From assembly GCA_030390025.1 (NCBI GenBank), contig CM059431.1, positions 107,138,001 through 107,202,000 of the forward strand: DNA of 64,000 bases, read 5' to 3'. Of this stretch, positions 37,095 through 49,150 are shown in pieces. How positions within the stretch are numbered: the stretch's first letter is position 1; every line of letters begins with the position of its first letter. The notes beneath the pieces are model-generated. The model saw nothing but the letters and a program-made list of their open reading frames with translations. It searched no databases and was not told the origin of the DNA. The position numbers were made by a program, and so were the translations under genes. This DNA is from Squalus acanthias. Taxonomy: Eukaryota.

Positions 37095-39775
37095 CTAACG
37101 TGACATCTTTCTCTTACACGTGCTTCTACGTGGTGCCTCCCCTGTGGCTTCAGCAGATGTGGCGGGAGGCTGCTCACTACCCTGCTGCTCCTGCTTAGAC
37201 GCCTTTGGCGGCCGTCCTCTGGGTTTGGAAGCCTTCGATGGCCCCGCCAAAGTCTGCTCCTCCTGCGGCTGTGCAGGGGCAGGCTCGGCCATTCCTGTTG
37301 CCTCAGGCAGATGGGGCTCTGACCGAGGGCTCGGCTGTGGCAAGGGAGTGTGAGCACTTGGAGAGGAGCTCCGACTTCCTTGTGCTCGTACATCGCCATC
37401 TCTCTCACGGGTCACCCTCACTTCACTGCTAACAAGTTGCTGGAGAGCACCTTGCTGCACGTCGGTGGGGCCATGTAGACCCGTCACTGTACTGACATTC
37501 CTCATGACAAGGACGTCCATGAACCTTTGGTTTCTCTCCTCAATAGATGCCCATCTATCCTCCATGGATGACCATCTATTTAGAAGTGTTACCATGTTCT
37601 CCTGAGTCTGGCAATTTATGTGCTCCATGGAGGTTGCCATCCTTTCCATTGCAGCACCTATATTGCCGATAGCGTCCACCACAGCATTGTTCATGTTTAG
37701 CATGGACTCCTCCATTTTCTGCTCACTCTCAGTCACCGTGGAAAAAAACCCACTCAGAGCCTCCTGCACTTGTTCCTGAAGCTCCAGCACCACTCTCTTT
37801 CTGGATGGCCCCAGAAGCTCAGCGTCTAAATGCAGCTGAGCAGAGCTAGGAGAGCCCAGCGTCCTCCGACGAGGACACTCCACTGCTGTCCCTGCCTTCA
37901 ACATCTGCTCCTGCTCACCTGTGAGCTGTGATACACAAGGCGACAACACTACTCTATCTCGCACAAAATCCACCGAGGTGTGCGTCTCTGCGTTGGTGCT
38001 GGGTGTGCTGTGTGCTGGTGACGCTGCTCCCTCAGAGGCTGGTGGCTCCTCTGAGGAGTGCTCCTGCTCTTCCTTCTGTACAGTGGGGAGCGGGGCTCTC
38101 GATGGTCCTGTGGGGGAGTAAATGCATGAGTTAGACAAGTGAAATGTAGGTTGCAGATACATGCCATTGTGCAGATGCTCAGTACTCATTCTCTATGAAG
38201 ATCATATCCCATATTAGTCACTCATGATTGCTAAATCAGAGGGTTGGAAATCAACTCTCTCACCAGCTTGCTGTTCTATGCCCGTCTCTCAGTCCCCCAC
38301 TGCCAACTCCTCTGCACCTCCAGCGATCTCCAGGGCTGCCTCCTCAGCACTCGTAAGGTGAGCCAGGGATGGTGGTCCTCCTCCTGTCCTCCCCCTCTCC
38401 CTATTATTGTGGGCTCCCTTCTCCTGTAGTGAGGGACACAAGTGGAGTTTGAGAGAGACTGATGGAGTGAGTGTTAAGAATGCATGACATAGATGTTTAG
38501 AGGCAGACTGTGAAGGAGTGAGGTGCACAAACCATCTTCCCTCCCTGTGCATTTTAAGTTGTAGGCATTGCATAAGGGTGTGAGTGTTGCATATCAAGAT
38601 GGGGACGTGATTCTGTACAGAGAAAGAGAGGGATGGGTGAAGGTGCAAGGGATGTTAGAGCGAGTTGGGATGTGCAGGGGAAGGTTCTGTAAGATCCGGA
38701 TCACAGGCCACACACAGATTACCCAAAAGGGTTTTAGAAGTTGTAAGGCTTTTATTAAAGAGCTACAGTTTTAAAGCATAATCAGGTATTACATATGGTT
38801 TAAGCCGAGTATAACAGACATACAACCCGTGACAGGAGGAGCGATCTACGACTCCCGAATCAGAATGCCACGACCGGACGGAGAGGCAGTACGGTGGTCT
38901 CGGATTGGGTGGATTCCTGCAGTCTGCTGCAGCGGTCACTTCCGTTGGATCATCTCTCGAGCTGTTGGAGGTGTTAGGCCATCAGTCACCTCAGAGGCTA
39001 AACTTGATCAAGATGTTAGGCCATAGCCACCTCAGGGAAGCCTTCGCCCCTAACTGCCTGATTTCCTCTCTCGGTCGTCTATATTTATAGTTATTTTGGT
39101 GGGCTGGTGATTACCTGGTGTCAATCATTTGATCCCCCATCCTATTGTCCAATTGTGAAGCGGGAAGGCATCCCTCGCCGTCCCTTTCTGCATGACTGAC
39201 AAGGCCTCCCTCTTATCTTTCTGAGGAATGTTTAGTTATGTTTCTTTAAGGACATTTTATGACTTTTCGGCTCCATTTTGTCTTATCCCCCACCCTGTGT
39301 TGTTTTGCATTTTACGATTCCCTTATCACTTCTATTTGTCTTTTGATGCTTGATATTCCACCTTGCTGGCATTTCTGCTATCTGTTCCCGACTGCATGTT
39401 GTCAGTCTCTGTTCTAAGAATTAAAACCCATCTTTGAATCGAACAGCTATTTCTTACAGTTCCCAATGCAGATTGATGGGGATGATAAGAGCTGGAAGGC
39501 AGATTGAAGGTAAGTGTGATGTTATACTCACTTTAGTGGAATTCAACAGATCATTAACCCTTTTTCGACACTGAACCCATGTGCATCTGCACACAGACCT
39601 CAAACTCACCTCCTCAGCAATTTGCAGCCAAGCTGCCTTGGTTTGTTGAGGAGGCCACCTCCTTCCATTTCCAGGGAAGAGGACCTCCTGACGTTCTCTT
39701 ACTCCCTCCACAAGAGCATGGAGGGAGCCCTCATTGAACCTGGGTGGGTGCAGCCTTAGTTTGTTGCGCTGCCAC
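37095..39775 (-). pseudogene. Harbinger Myb/SANT-like DNA-binding protein, 3 exons (~39775-39532, 38423-38264, 38107-37095)
   Basis: PRFNEGSLHALVEGVRERQEVLF...AWLQIAEEV...WVQCRKRVNDL; exon 2 HNNRERGRTGGG; GT/AG sites; frameshift in exon 1 and stop in exon 2. Confidence 0.8.
38688..39458 (-). mobile_element. Solo LTR (771 bp) in Myb intron 1
   Basis: TGTAAGA...TCTTACA termini; 4-bp TSD GTTC; minus-strand AATAAA (~38751) and TATA (~39085). Confidence 0.88.
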
Positions 39776-40009
39776 TCCTGCAGCAGCCAACACTTCTGAG
39801 AGGAAAAAGCTAATGATTCTGCAAAGGAGACATGGCCCCTTTAAATCTTCACTGAAACAACTTGTCATCAGACACGAGCATCTGACACGCTCCAAACAAT
39901 TGCCTGGAGGGACCCGCACGTCGGCCGTAACGAGGCCAATCAAGGTAAAATTTCACCTGCGGGGCGACGGCAACTGGGAGCGGGACCGGAAGCCGCCGAC
40001 CATTCAACC

Positions 40010-41640
40010 TGCCTCCAACCCGACTCCGGCCCGACTCCGGCCCGACTCCGGCCCGACTCCGGCCTGACTCCGACCCGACTCCGACCCGATTCTAGCCCGA
40101 CTCCAACCTGACTCCGGCCCGACTCCGACCCGACTCCGACCGCCTCCGACCCGACTCCGACCTGACTCCGACCCGACTCCGACCCGACTCCGACCCGACT
40201 CCGGCCTGACTCCGACCCGACTCCGACCGCCTCCGACCCGACTCCGACCCGACTCCGGCCTGACTCCGACCCGACTCCAACCCGACTCCGGCCCGACTCC
40301 GGCCCGACTCCGGCCCGACTCCGGCCTGACTCCGACCCGACTCCGACCCGACTCCGGCCCGACTCCGACCCGACTCCGACCCGACTCCGGCCCGACTCCG
40401 ACCCGACTCCGACCCGACTCCGACCGCCTCCGACCCGACTCCGACCCGACTCCGGCCTGACTCCGACCCGACTCCAACCCGACTCCGGCCCGACTCCGGC
40501 CCGACTCCGGCCCGACTCCGGCCTGACTCCGACCCGACTCCGACCCGACTCCGACCCGACTCCGACCCGACTCCGGCCCGACTCCGACCCGACTCCGACC
40601 CGACTCCGACCCGACTCCAGCCCAACTCCGACCCGACTCCAGCCCAACTCCGACCCGACTCCGACCCGACTCCAACCCGACTCCGGCCCGACTCCGGCCC
40701 GACTCCGGCCCGACTCCGGCCTGACTCCGACCCGACTCCGACCCGACTCCGACCCGACTCCGACCCGATTCCAGCCCGACTCCAACTCGACTCCGGCCCG
40801 ACTCCGACCCGACTCCGACCCGACTCCGACCCGACTCCGACCCGATTCCAACTCGACTCCGGCCCGACTCCGACCCGACTCCGGCCCGACTCCGACCCGA
40901 CTCCGACCCGACTCCGGCCCGACTCCGGCCCGACTCCGGCCCGACTCCGGCCCGACTCCGGCCCGACTCCGACCCGACTCCGGCCCGACTCCGGCCCGAC
41001 TCCGGCCCGACTCCGGCCCGACTCCGGCCCGACTCCGACCCGACTCCGACCCGACTCCGGCCCGACTCCGGCCCGACTCCGACCCGACTCCGACCGCCTC
41101 CGACCCGACTCCGACCCGATTCCAACCCGCCTCCAACCTGACTCCTCCGACCTGACTCCGACCCGACTCCAGCCCGACTCCGACCCGACTCCGGCCCGAC
41201 TCCGACCCGACTCCGGCCCGACTCCGGCCCGACTCCGGCCCGACTCCGGCCCGACTCCGGCCCGACTCCGGCCCGACTCCGACCCGACTCCGACCGCCTC
41301 CGACCCGACTCCGACCCGATTCCAACCCGCCTCCAACCTGACTCCTCCGACCTGACTCCGACCCGACTCCAGCCCGACTCCGACCCGACTCCGGCCCGAC
41401 TCCAGCCCGACTCCGGCCCGACTCCGGCCCGACTCCGGCCCGACTCCGGCCCGACTCCGGCCCGACTCCGGCCCGACTCCGGCCCGACTCCGGCCCGACT
41501 CCGACCCGACTCCGGCCCGACTCCGACCCGCCTTCAACCCGATTCCAACCTGACTCCTCCAACCTCACTCCGACCCGACTCCAGCCCGACTCCGACCCGA
41601 CTCCCGCCCGACTCCCGCCCGACTCCCGCCTGACTCTGAC
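40010..41640. repeat. GC-rich 11-bp satellite (CCGACTCCGAC/CCGACTCCGGC)n
   Basis: Roughly 145 units with variant units and higher-order block duplications. Confidence 0.97.
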
Positions 41641-41830
41641 ACGATTCCGCTGGGAAAATCGCAGCTGAATTGTTTGTGCATCAGTGAACTTAAGAAAATT
41701 GCCAGATGAAACTGTAGCTAAATGAAACTGTGGGCGAACAATGCTACTTCGAAACATGTGTCAAAAGGCATTTCATTTTTTGTTTCCCGTTGTTAACATC
41801 ATAAATTCGATCTAACCACACACATTAAAA

Positions 41831-42077
41831 GGCCCTGATTTTAACTCCAGGTGGATTCCCCACTCAGGTCTGAGTTAAAGTTACAGTCGGGTCTCAATGA
41901 TGTCATTGGGCTGCAACAAGCATTTGTAAAGAAGGACCCTGTTGGCTCCGGGCTCAGGAGAGCAGGTTAAAATTGCAGATGTTGCGATCACGGCTGCTTT
42001 CGGAGAGGTAAGAGCCAGGGCGATTTTAAATTCCCACCCGCCAGGTTTCTTCTGACGAGTAGGGTTAAAATTGTCCT
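41831..42077. mobile_element. Short MITE; inverted copy at 49353-49620
   Basis: ggccctgattttaactccaggtggattcccc matches the reverse complement of 49590-49620; repeated ttaaaat motifs. Confidence 0.7.
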
Positions 42078-43280
42078 ATAACTTGCAGGAATAGGGGTCA
42101 AAACCTGGCATACTGCAAGGACCAAAAAGGTAATTGACAGCTGTGACACCCATCAGTTCTAATCGTTGGGAGAATTCAGCATCTAATGCAAGAATATTTC
42201 CTTCAGGCTTTGTCAGAGTAATTTCCTATGAGCATCAACCTGCAATTGACAAATGAAACCAACAACAAAGGGCACTTCCTGCAGGTTAACTGTAGTTGCC
42301 TGTTTGTATTTCAGATTTCCATGCAGCACAGTGAATAAAAGTGGTTTCAGGTTGAATATTACAAAAATAAAGGGAAATCTGTGACAGGTGGTCTTTAAGA
42401 TTACACAAGGGAAACAATTCCATTAATGACCATTGCAAGATTACTTTAAAAAATATATAATTTAGCTGGGAATGGAGTCACCTTCCCACAACCACTTAAT
42501 TATATTGGTTACTGAACCTCGCACACTCCCTGACATAATCATAAAGATGCAGGATAGCACATGAGCTTAAAATCTCCTAGAGAATATCGTTTGCCATCTT
42601 ACTGATAAGAGAACCTATTGCAGTGTGTTACAGTCAGATGCGGTAAACAGATACAACTCTTACATTTTGTATGCGATCATCTGCACAAAATTATTTTTTA
42701 AAAACAAATTGAAGTACAAAAGTTGACTCTGGATCAGTGAATCTCACAATGTGTGCACAGCATCAGGCAATTCCTGCTTGATTTTTAAACAAAGCATTCA
42801 GGGAAACTGCCATCTGTTGGTAGATTCTTTGGGCTGGATTTTGATACTGGGGCGGGTTGGGGTCGTGTCATCCACATTTCGTGTTATCCACCCGCCTGCA
42901 ATTGGATGTGGGAGATTGATGCAATTTTCACTTAATTGGGCAATTGAGTTCCAGCATGTGGGAACCCATGAACCAATTAGTGGTTTCAGTCTGAAAGTCG
43001 CCTCTGATGATGTCATCATTGCAGGTCAGAGACAACCTGGCCTTTGCTGTGAGACCTGGATGCAAAATGAGCAGCATCTCAGAGAGAGAGAGAGAGAGAG
43101 AGAATGAGAATTTTTTTTGCAACCAAGTCCTCCCAGGCAGTCTCTGAAGACATTCAATGCAGCAGCATCAGAGGCGACTTTCAGACCTAATACTACTACT
43201 ACCTTCATCACATCTCCATTGTAATAGTGGACCTGCAGCTGATAGTCAGCTATCCACTTGTGCTCCCGCCAGGTTTCACT

Positions 43281-44044
43281 GGACAGAAATTCGGCTCTTG
43301 CCGGGTGAGTACGCGCTGTGTACTCACCCGTAGGGCCACCTGAAGTGCCGGTTTCACGCATGCACTGCGCATGCGCGGGAGACCGGAACTTCCGTTCCCC
43401 TGAAGGAAGGGGTTCAGAAGTCGAACGCGTGCGCGGGAGAGGCAGCGCGCACGCAGCGGGCTTCGGTTTTTTTTTTCAGGTTTCTCCGTGAGGGTAAGTA
43501 TGGAGAAGCTGCACATTTATAAAGGAGGCACAAGGCCTGTTTTTAACATGGTAAGTGGTTAATTAATTACAATTTAAACATTTTTTCAACAGGTTTATCT
43601 TTTTTACATACTTTAAAGAAAGGTAAGTTTATTTTTAGCACCGTTAAAAAGTTTAACTAATTTTTTCAAAAATTTAAATTTTTGTTTAAAGTAGTTAATT
43701 TATGTAATTTATAGTTATTTTAATAATGTGATGGTTTTTAAAAAATTTATTTGAAGTTTTTGGGTGGTTTTGGGGCCGATCTCTATTCATAGATTTGACA
43801 GGTCTTTCTGTCAAATCTATGAATTAAAATTCCCTGCTAGGATTGGCTCTCCATGGCCCACGTGATCCCAGGGGACGCTTCGAACTAACTCCGCCCCTGG
43901 GATACACAAGCACTGCGCGCCGGCAGCTGCAGGAGGCCCAGGACCCGAATTCTTTGTGGGCCCAAAGCACGACGACAGGCGCGGTAGGTAAGTACGCGCG
44001 CGATGCTTGCACCCGCAGGAAGCCGGAGAGCCGAATTTCTGTCC
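43281..44044. mobile_element. Harbinger-type MITE, inverted copy of 26671-27434
   Basis: TIR ggacagaaattcggct / agccgaatttctgtcc; high similarity along its whole length. Confidence 0.85.
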
Positions 44045-44274
44045 CTATATGTTATGTGTCATTTTTTATAGTACAGATCAATTCACTGCAATTACTGTTG
44101 AGTTGGAAGGCAACAGCCGAGAATGGCCAGTGAAAAATATATTTCCCTCACAATCCAGGATAGCACTTACATCCCTTCAGGAATTTCTGAATTAACATTT
44201 ACCAGTAGCTTTTCAAGTAGAACAGAATCTCCATCAATCTGTTAGCTGATGTAATCAACATGTTTTTATTTTAT

Positions 44275-44817
44275 CACCGTCCTCGGCCTATTACACTGTT
44301 CCACGGAAGCTCAGCGTAAGCTCGAGGAACAGCACCTCATCTTCCGATTAGGCATCCTACAGCCCTCTGGACTCAATATCGAGCTCAACAATTTTAGATC
44401 ATAACCTCAGCCCCTATCACATTTATATTTTATTTTTTCATCCACACTTTTGTTTGGCCCCCCCCCTTTTTTTTCCCTCCCAGAAGCTGGCAGCTGTCCT
44501 TCATTCTGCCAGTGCATTTCACATTTCTTTTAGCCTCAACTTGTCACATTAACACCTCCTCTTGCCTTGATCATCTCTTAATGTCTCTCAATGTTTCTTA
44601 ATCTCTCCTTTTGTTCTTTCATCCTCTCCCCCTTTTCCCAGCTTTATCCTTGCTTTAAATCTATTTCATTTCCTGCTTTTTTCCAGTTCTGACGAAAGGT
44701 TTTCGACCTGAAACGTTAACTCTGTTTCTCTCTCCATGGATGCTGCCTGGCCTGCTGAGTTTTTTCAGCATTTTCTGTTGTTATTTCGGATTTCCAGCAT
44801 CCACAGTATTTTGCTAT
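44275..44817 (+). mobile_element. Penelope 3' fragment with hammerhead (44684-44722)
   Basis: Matches 60375-60912 (AQRKLEEQHLIFRLG). Confidence 0.88.
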
Positions 44818-45488
44818 CGTATCATGTTTTTATTTTGGTTTGTTTTCCATGCTGTCAAGTAATCAACTGGAGCAATGGCCACAGAACTCACGCCTCAGAT
44901 TGTCAGATGTGGTTCCCGAGCTGTGTGAATCCCATGGCCATGCAGGGAAATTTAAAAAGTAGGCGGGGAAAAGGCTCTTAAGTGCTTGTAAAGTACCTCA
45001 TAATGATTTGAATTGGGTCCCCTGCCGCTGCCAGTTGGGTCGGCTCCACGATGACAGACGTGCCTGGGGGAAAGGAGCATGGGAGCAAGATGACAGCAGG
45101 TTCCCGACCCACTGTCAAAAGTAACAACTTTCCCACCCGACCCGCCACCGATTGTGCCCGCTACCACCCCGGAAAATTCAGCCCAACGTTTCAGGTCAAT
45201 GACCTTTCAACAGAACTGGAAAATGTTACAGGTGTAACAGGTTTTAAGCAAGCGCAGAAGCCGGGAACAAAAGGGAAGGTCTGTGATGGGGTGAAAGGCA
45301 GGAGTAATTTAATGAACAGCAGAATCATTACCAGCACCTGCTGTCCGAAAAAAATGGGAACCACGATCATGATCTGAAATTGAGTTCACTCCTGCCTTCC
45401 TCCCCTTTCCCTGCCTCTGGACTTGTTTAAACCTATTACATCTGTAACATTTTCCAGTTCTGACAAAAGGTCGCAGACCTGAAACATT

Positions 45489-46249
45489 GGCCCGGAATTT
45501 GCGGTCAGTGACGAAGCGACGGCAATCACCACTGGTCCCGAAGAAATCTGCCCACAAAGATCTTGCGATCTCTGTGGCGAAAACATTAGCTTTCTCAACG
45601 TTAAATTGATTGTAGCGTCGGGGATCTCCAGCATTCGGCAGCAGTGATGTAATCAAGCTGGCTAAACAGCCAATCAGATTGAAGAATTCTCACAGACAGC
45701 AAACCAGGAAATAAAAAGCAGCATTTAATCATTCACTTAAAACATTTTTTTTACAGAGAGCAAAATAAACATTGGGACATACACATGGGGTTAAGGTAAA
45801 AGCTGAAATATCATAAACAAAGTTTAATAAAAATAAATGTATTTTATTATTTTAAAAATCTAGTAATTTTTATCATCATGGAGAAATTTGACATTCCATA
45901 AATTTAAAATTAGTTCTTCAGGGCCAGAACGGTTGTTCAGCAGTCAAATACACCATTAAAACCCCACTTACACCGATTCCAACAAGGCTTAACTTTTGAT
46001 GGGGTGTTTAACAGCAATGTTAGATCGGAAAAGCTTAAGTTTTTGTCAGTTCAACTGATTGCACCGATTGCCGGCTATGGGGATTGCACAGCGCAGCCTG
46101 TGGCACAGCAGGGAATGACTGACCACAACTTCAGGGTTTTCGCGTTTATCTGCACATACGCTAAACCCTGAAGTTACGGTCAGTTTCAGAGGGGTAATGT
46201 CGGCGAACGCTGACAGTTACGCCTTCCTCACCACTGCAAAATCTGGGCC
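45489..46249. mobile_element. Harbinger-type MITE inserted in a Penelope pLTR
   Basis: TIR ggcccggaattt / aaatctgggcc; flanks rejoin as gacctgaaac|...aactctg. Confidence 0.72.
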
Positions 46250-46720
46250 GTGAACTCTGTCTCTCTCTTCACAGATGCTGCCTGACCTGATGAGTATTCC
46301 CAGCATTTTCTGTTTATATATGGTTTAATACTATAATGCCTGCAAAGCAGAGTGAAAAGGACATGGAAAGAAGAGATTTGCACAACGTGTTTCTGAATAT
46401 TTATGATTTTGACTGGGAGTTTCCTTGTCACTGTAACTTTGCTGGAGGTGTGATGGAAACTCCAGTGGAAACCCTGTTTACGTGTATCAATGGGATTCCT
46501 ACCACACTTTCCGTGAAGTTATAGGAGGTGAAGCAGGAGCAGCTCTGAGGAACTTTCCCGGATACGACAATGGTATGTGACAATCTATATCATATGCTGC
46601 ATTGATATGTAATGAAGGCAAGACCTACCGCATGTCTATCCATGTATAACAACACTTTCAGAGAGCCTGCACAGGCACGATGGGCCGAATGGCCTACCTT
46701 CTGTGCTTTCTGATTCTATA

Positions 46721-47330
46721 TGAGGAAGCTGACACCGGAATACAGAAGTTCTTCAACCTCTGACCTTGCAACGCCAAGGTGGGGCTCAAAGGCAACTGAA
46801 AATGCACGATGACCAAACTAGTGACAAGTGTACAATGCAAGATCCTTCTACGAACTGTTGCATTCCCAGGGTATGCTGGTTTATCCTCAATGATTCGGCT
46901 TGACAATCCCAATGTGGGTACAGAGAGGTTTATTGAGACAAAATGAGAAACGTCACTACATTCAGCACATAAGCGGTAATTTACAGATTCAAAACAACAT
47001 CGTCCGTCTCGCGCTCTGGACAGCAGCACAGTTCGTTCCTGGTCCTATCTACCATTCTTCTCTTCAGTTTTTTCTGCTGTGTTGGTTTCTGCTGTGCTGG
47101 TCAGGTCTTTCGGACTTCTTTATATATGTTTCGGGTTGTTGCACCCTTTTACCCCAACTCCAGGATGAGCTGGGCGAGCCGTTTGTGTGAGTTTGATCAG
47201 CCTGATATGGAGTTGTTTCCCCCCAGCTCTTATAATACAATCAGCGAGTCTGTGATTACATCTGTGCCTATCTTTAACAATTTTGCAGATTCTTACTGCT
47301 GAGAGTTTACTTCAGGTGGTTTCACCTCGA
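46721..47330 (-). mobile_element. Probable solo LTR (boundaries uncertain)
   Basis: Minus-strand AATAAA (~46929) and TATA (~47120) arranged as in the other LTRs; no clear TSD. Confidence 0.35.
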
Positions 47331-47869
47331 GCAAGATCTACTTATCTTTTACACGCTGTTGTTGTGCACACAGGCATAGTTCCACAATTCATAGACGAGT
47401 ATTTAACTTAGTTAAGTCACTTATAGTTCAATGATTTAAAAGAGTTAATTCATTATATTTCAATGGTTTAAAAAATGGTTACTTCATCCTATTTCAACAG
47501 AACATACTAACATGATGGGCAGGTAAAGACCAGCTGGTCCATCAAGCCTGCCCCACGCTCATGGTGGCCGGAGCATCATGATTAAATGCCAATATTGCCA
47601 AAAGTAGAGATACACAATAGTATGTAAATTAACTACATCTAACCTTTTTCATCCCCTCTCTTTCAAATCTCTCATAAAGATGTTGACACATTTGGGGCAG
47701 GGTTTCGTGGTTGTCGGGTGCCCTGTGATACCTCATCTAAGTAGGCATTATTCAAGTTGAGTGTTTGAGTGTGAGCTTCGATGACTCTTTGACAGGGGAC
47801 AGTCACGGTTGAGTTGTTTCTTTCCTCATCCAATGTCCTGAAATGCACACTTCCAGCCTTTCATCTAAA

Positions 47870-48337
47870 TACCCATTTCCCCCTGTGCTCGCTGACCTAC
47901 ATTGGCTCCCGATTAAGCTACGCCTCAATTTTAAAATTTGCATCCTTGTTTTCAAATCACTCCATGGTCTTGCCCTCTCCCTATCTCTGTGACCTTCTCC
48001 AGCCCTACAATCCCCTGAGATCTCTGCGCTCCGCCAATTCTGGCCTCTTGAGCATCACCGATTTTAATCGCTCTACCATTGGTGGCCGTACCTTCAGATG
48101 CCTAGGCCCTAAGCTCTGAAATTCCCTCCTTAAACCTCTCCGTCTCTCTACCTCTCTCCCCTCCTTTAAGACGCTCCTTAAAACCTACCTCTTTGACCAA
48201 GCTTTTGCTCACCTGCCCTAGTATCTCCTTATGTGGCTCGGTGTCAAATTTTGTTTGACAATTGCTCCTGTGAAGCGATTTGGGATGTTTTACTATGTTA
48301 AAGGCACTATATAAATGCAAGTTGTTGTTGTTGTTGT
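47870..48337 (+). mobile_element. L2-type LINE 3' fragment
   Basis: Same family as 10835-11536; (TTG)n tail. Confidence 0.85.
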
Positions 48338-48604
48338 AGCAAACCTTTCAAGGCTGTGCACAGAAAAAACAAAGAGGGGGCAAGCAGTAGCGGAAGGGGA
48401 GGTGAGCTTCAGCTGCAGCACCATTGGAACTTTGCAGCTGAGCACAGGTGACTCTCGCTTGGTGGCAGGAATCCCGAGCAGAGTCCTCCTTGCATGGGTG
48501 ATGAACCCTAGCAGGAAGCTGAGAATCCATCCCTTGGTTTCTGTACTGGGTACAGTCTGCACTAAGTATGGAGTCCCTGATGCTGAAAATCACTACCTTT
48601 TATT

Positions 48605-49150
48605 GTGGTCAAAAGTGAGAAGTCGCACAACACCAGGTTATAGTCCAAACAGTTTTATTTGAGATCACAAGCTTTCGGAGCTGCTGCCCCTTCGTCAGGT
48701 GAAGTGAAGGAATACGAATCGGCAAAGCATATATAGACAGAGAACAATGCCTGTGTAGCGTACAATGTCAGACGACTACAGTTAATCTTTCTGACTGCCT
48801 TTTATCACACCTCGGCAGAGAAACAATCAGGTCAGGAAGGCATTATATCAAAGACATAGCAAGATACAGCTAAGACAATGAGGTGGGGTCACAGGGGGTC
48901 TAATGTGTCAAATGCAGTCTGTATAAACTTTAAAATTTTTACCTTTTTTTAAAATGGAAATCACACTTGTGAACAAGCCAACGACGACTCGAGTCTGGAT
49001 GACTCTGCGTCATGTAACGTGACATGAACCCAAGATCCCGGTTGAGGCCGTCCTCATGGGTGCGGAACTTGGCTATCAGTTTCTGCTCGATGATTTTGCA
49101 TTGTCGTGTGTCTCGAAGGCCGCCTTGGAGAACGCTTACCCGCAGATCCG
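48605..49150 (-). mobile_element. Second Penelope family, 3' fragment with hammerhead (48666-48701)
   Basis: Minus strand encodes DLRVSVLQGG...EQKLIAKFRTHEDGLNRD (GIY-YIG C-terminus); cac-CTGACGA-stem-GAAAGCTT-gtg. Confidence 0.78.

Larger units (their letters stand above)
37041..41665 (-). mobile_element. Harbinger element carrying only the Myb gene, with a solo LTR and a satellite inside
   Basis: Degenerate TIRs ggccgcaaatttgcc / gggaaaatcgcagc flank a Myb/SANT gene. Confidence 0.6.

Noticed and set aside
40010..41640. CRISPR-like array
   Set aside because: Contiguous tandem units with no unique spacers; eukaryotic context and no cas genes
39940..41757. Three long overlapping ORFs (605, 481, 373 aa) rich in ESGRSRVGVG
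   Set aside because: Artefact of a stop-free 11-bp satellite read in all three frames
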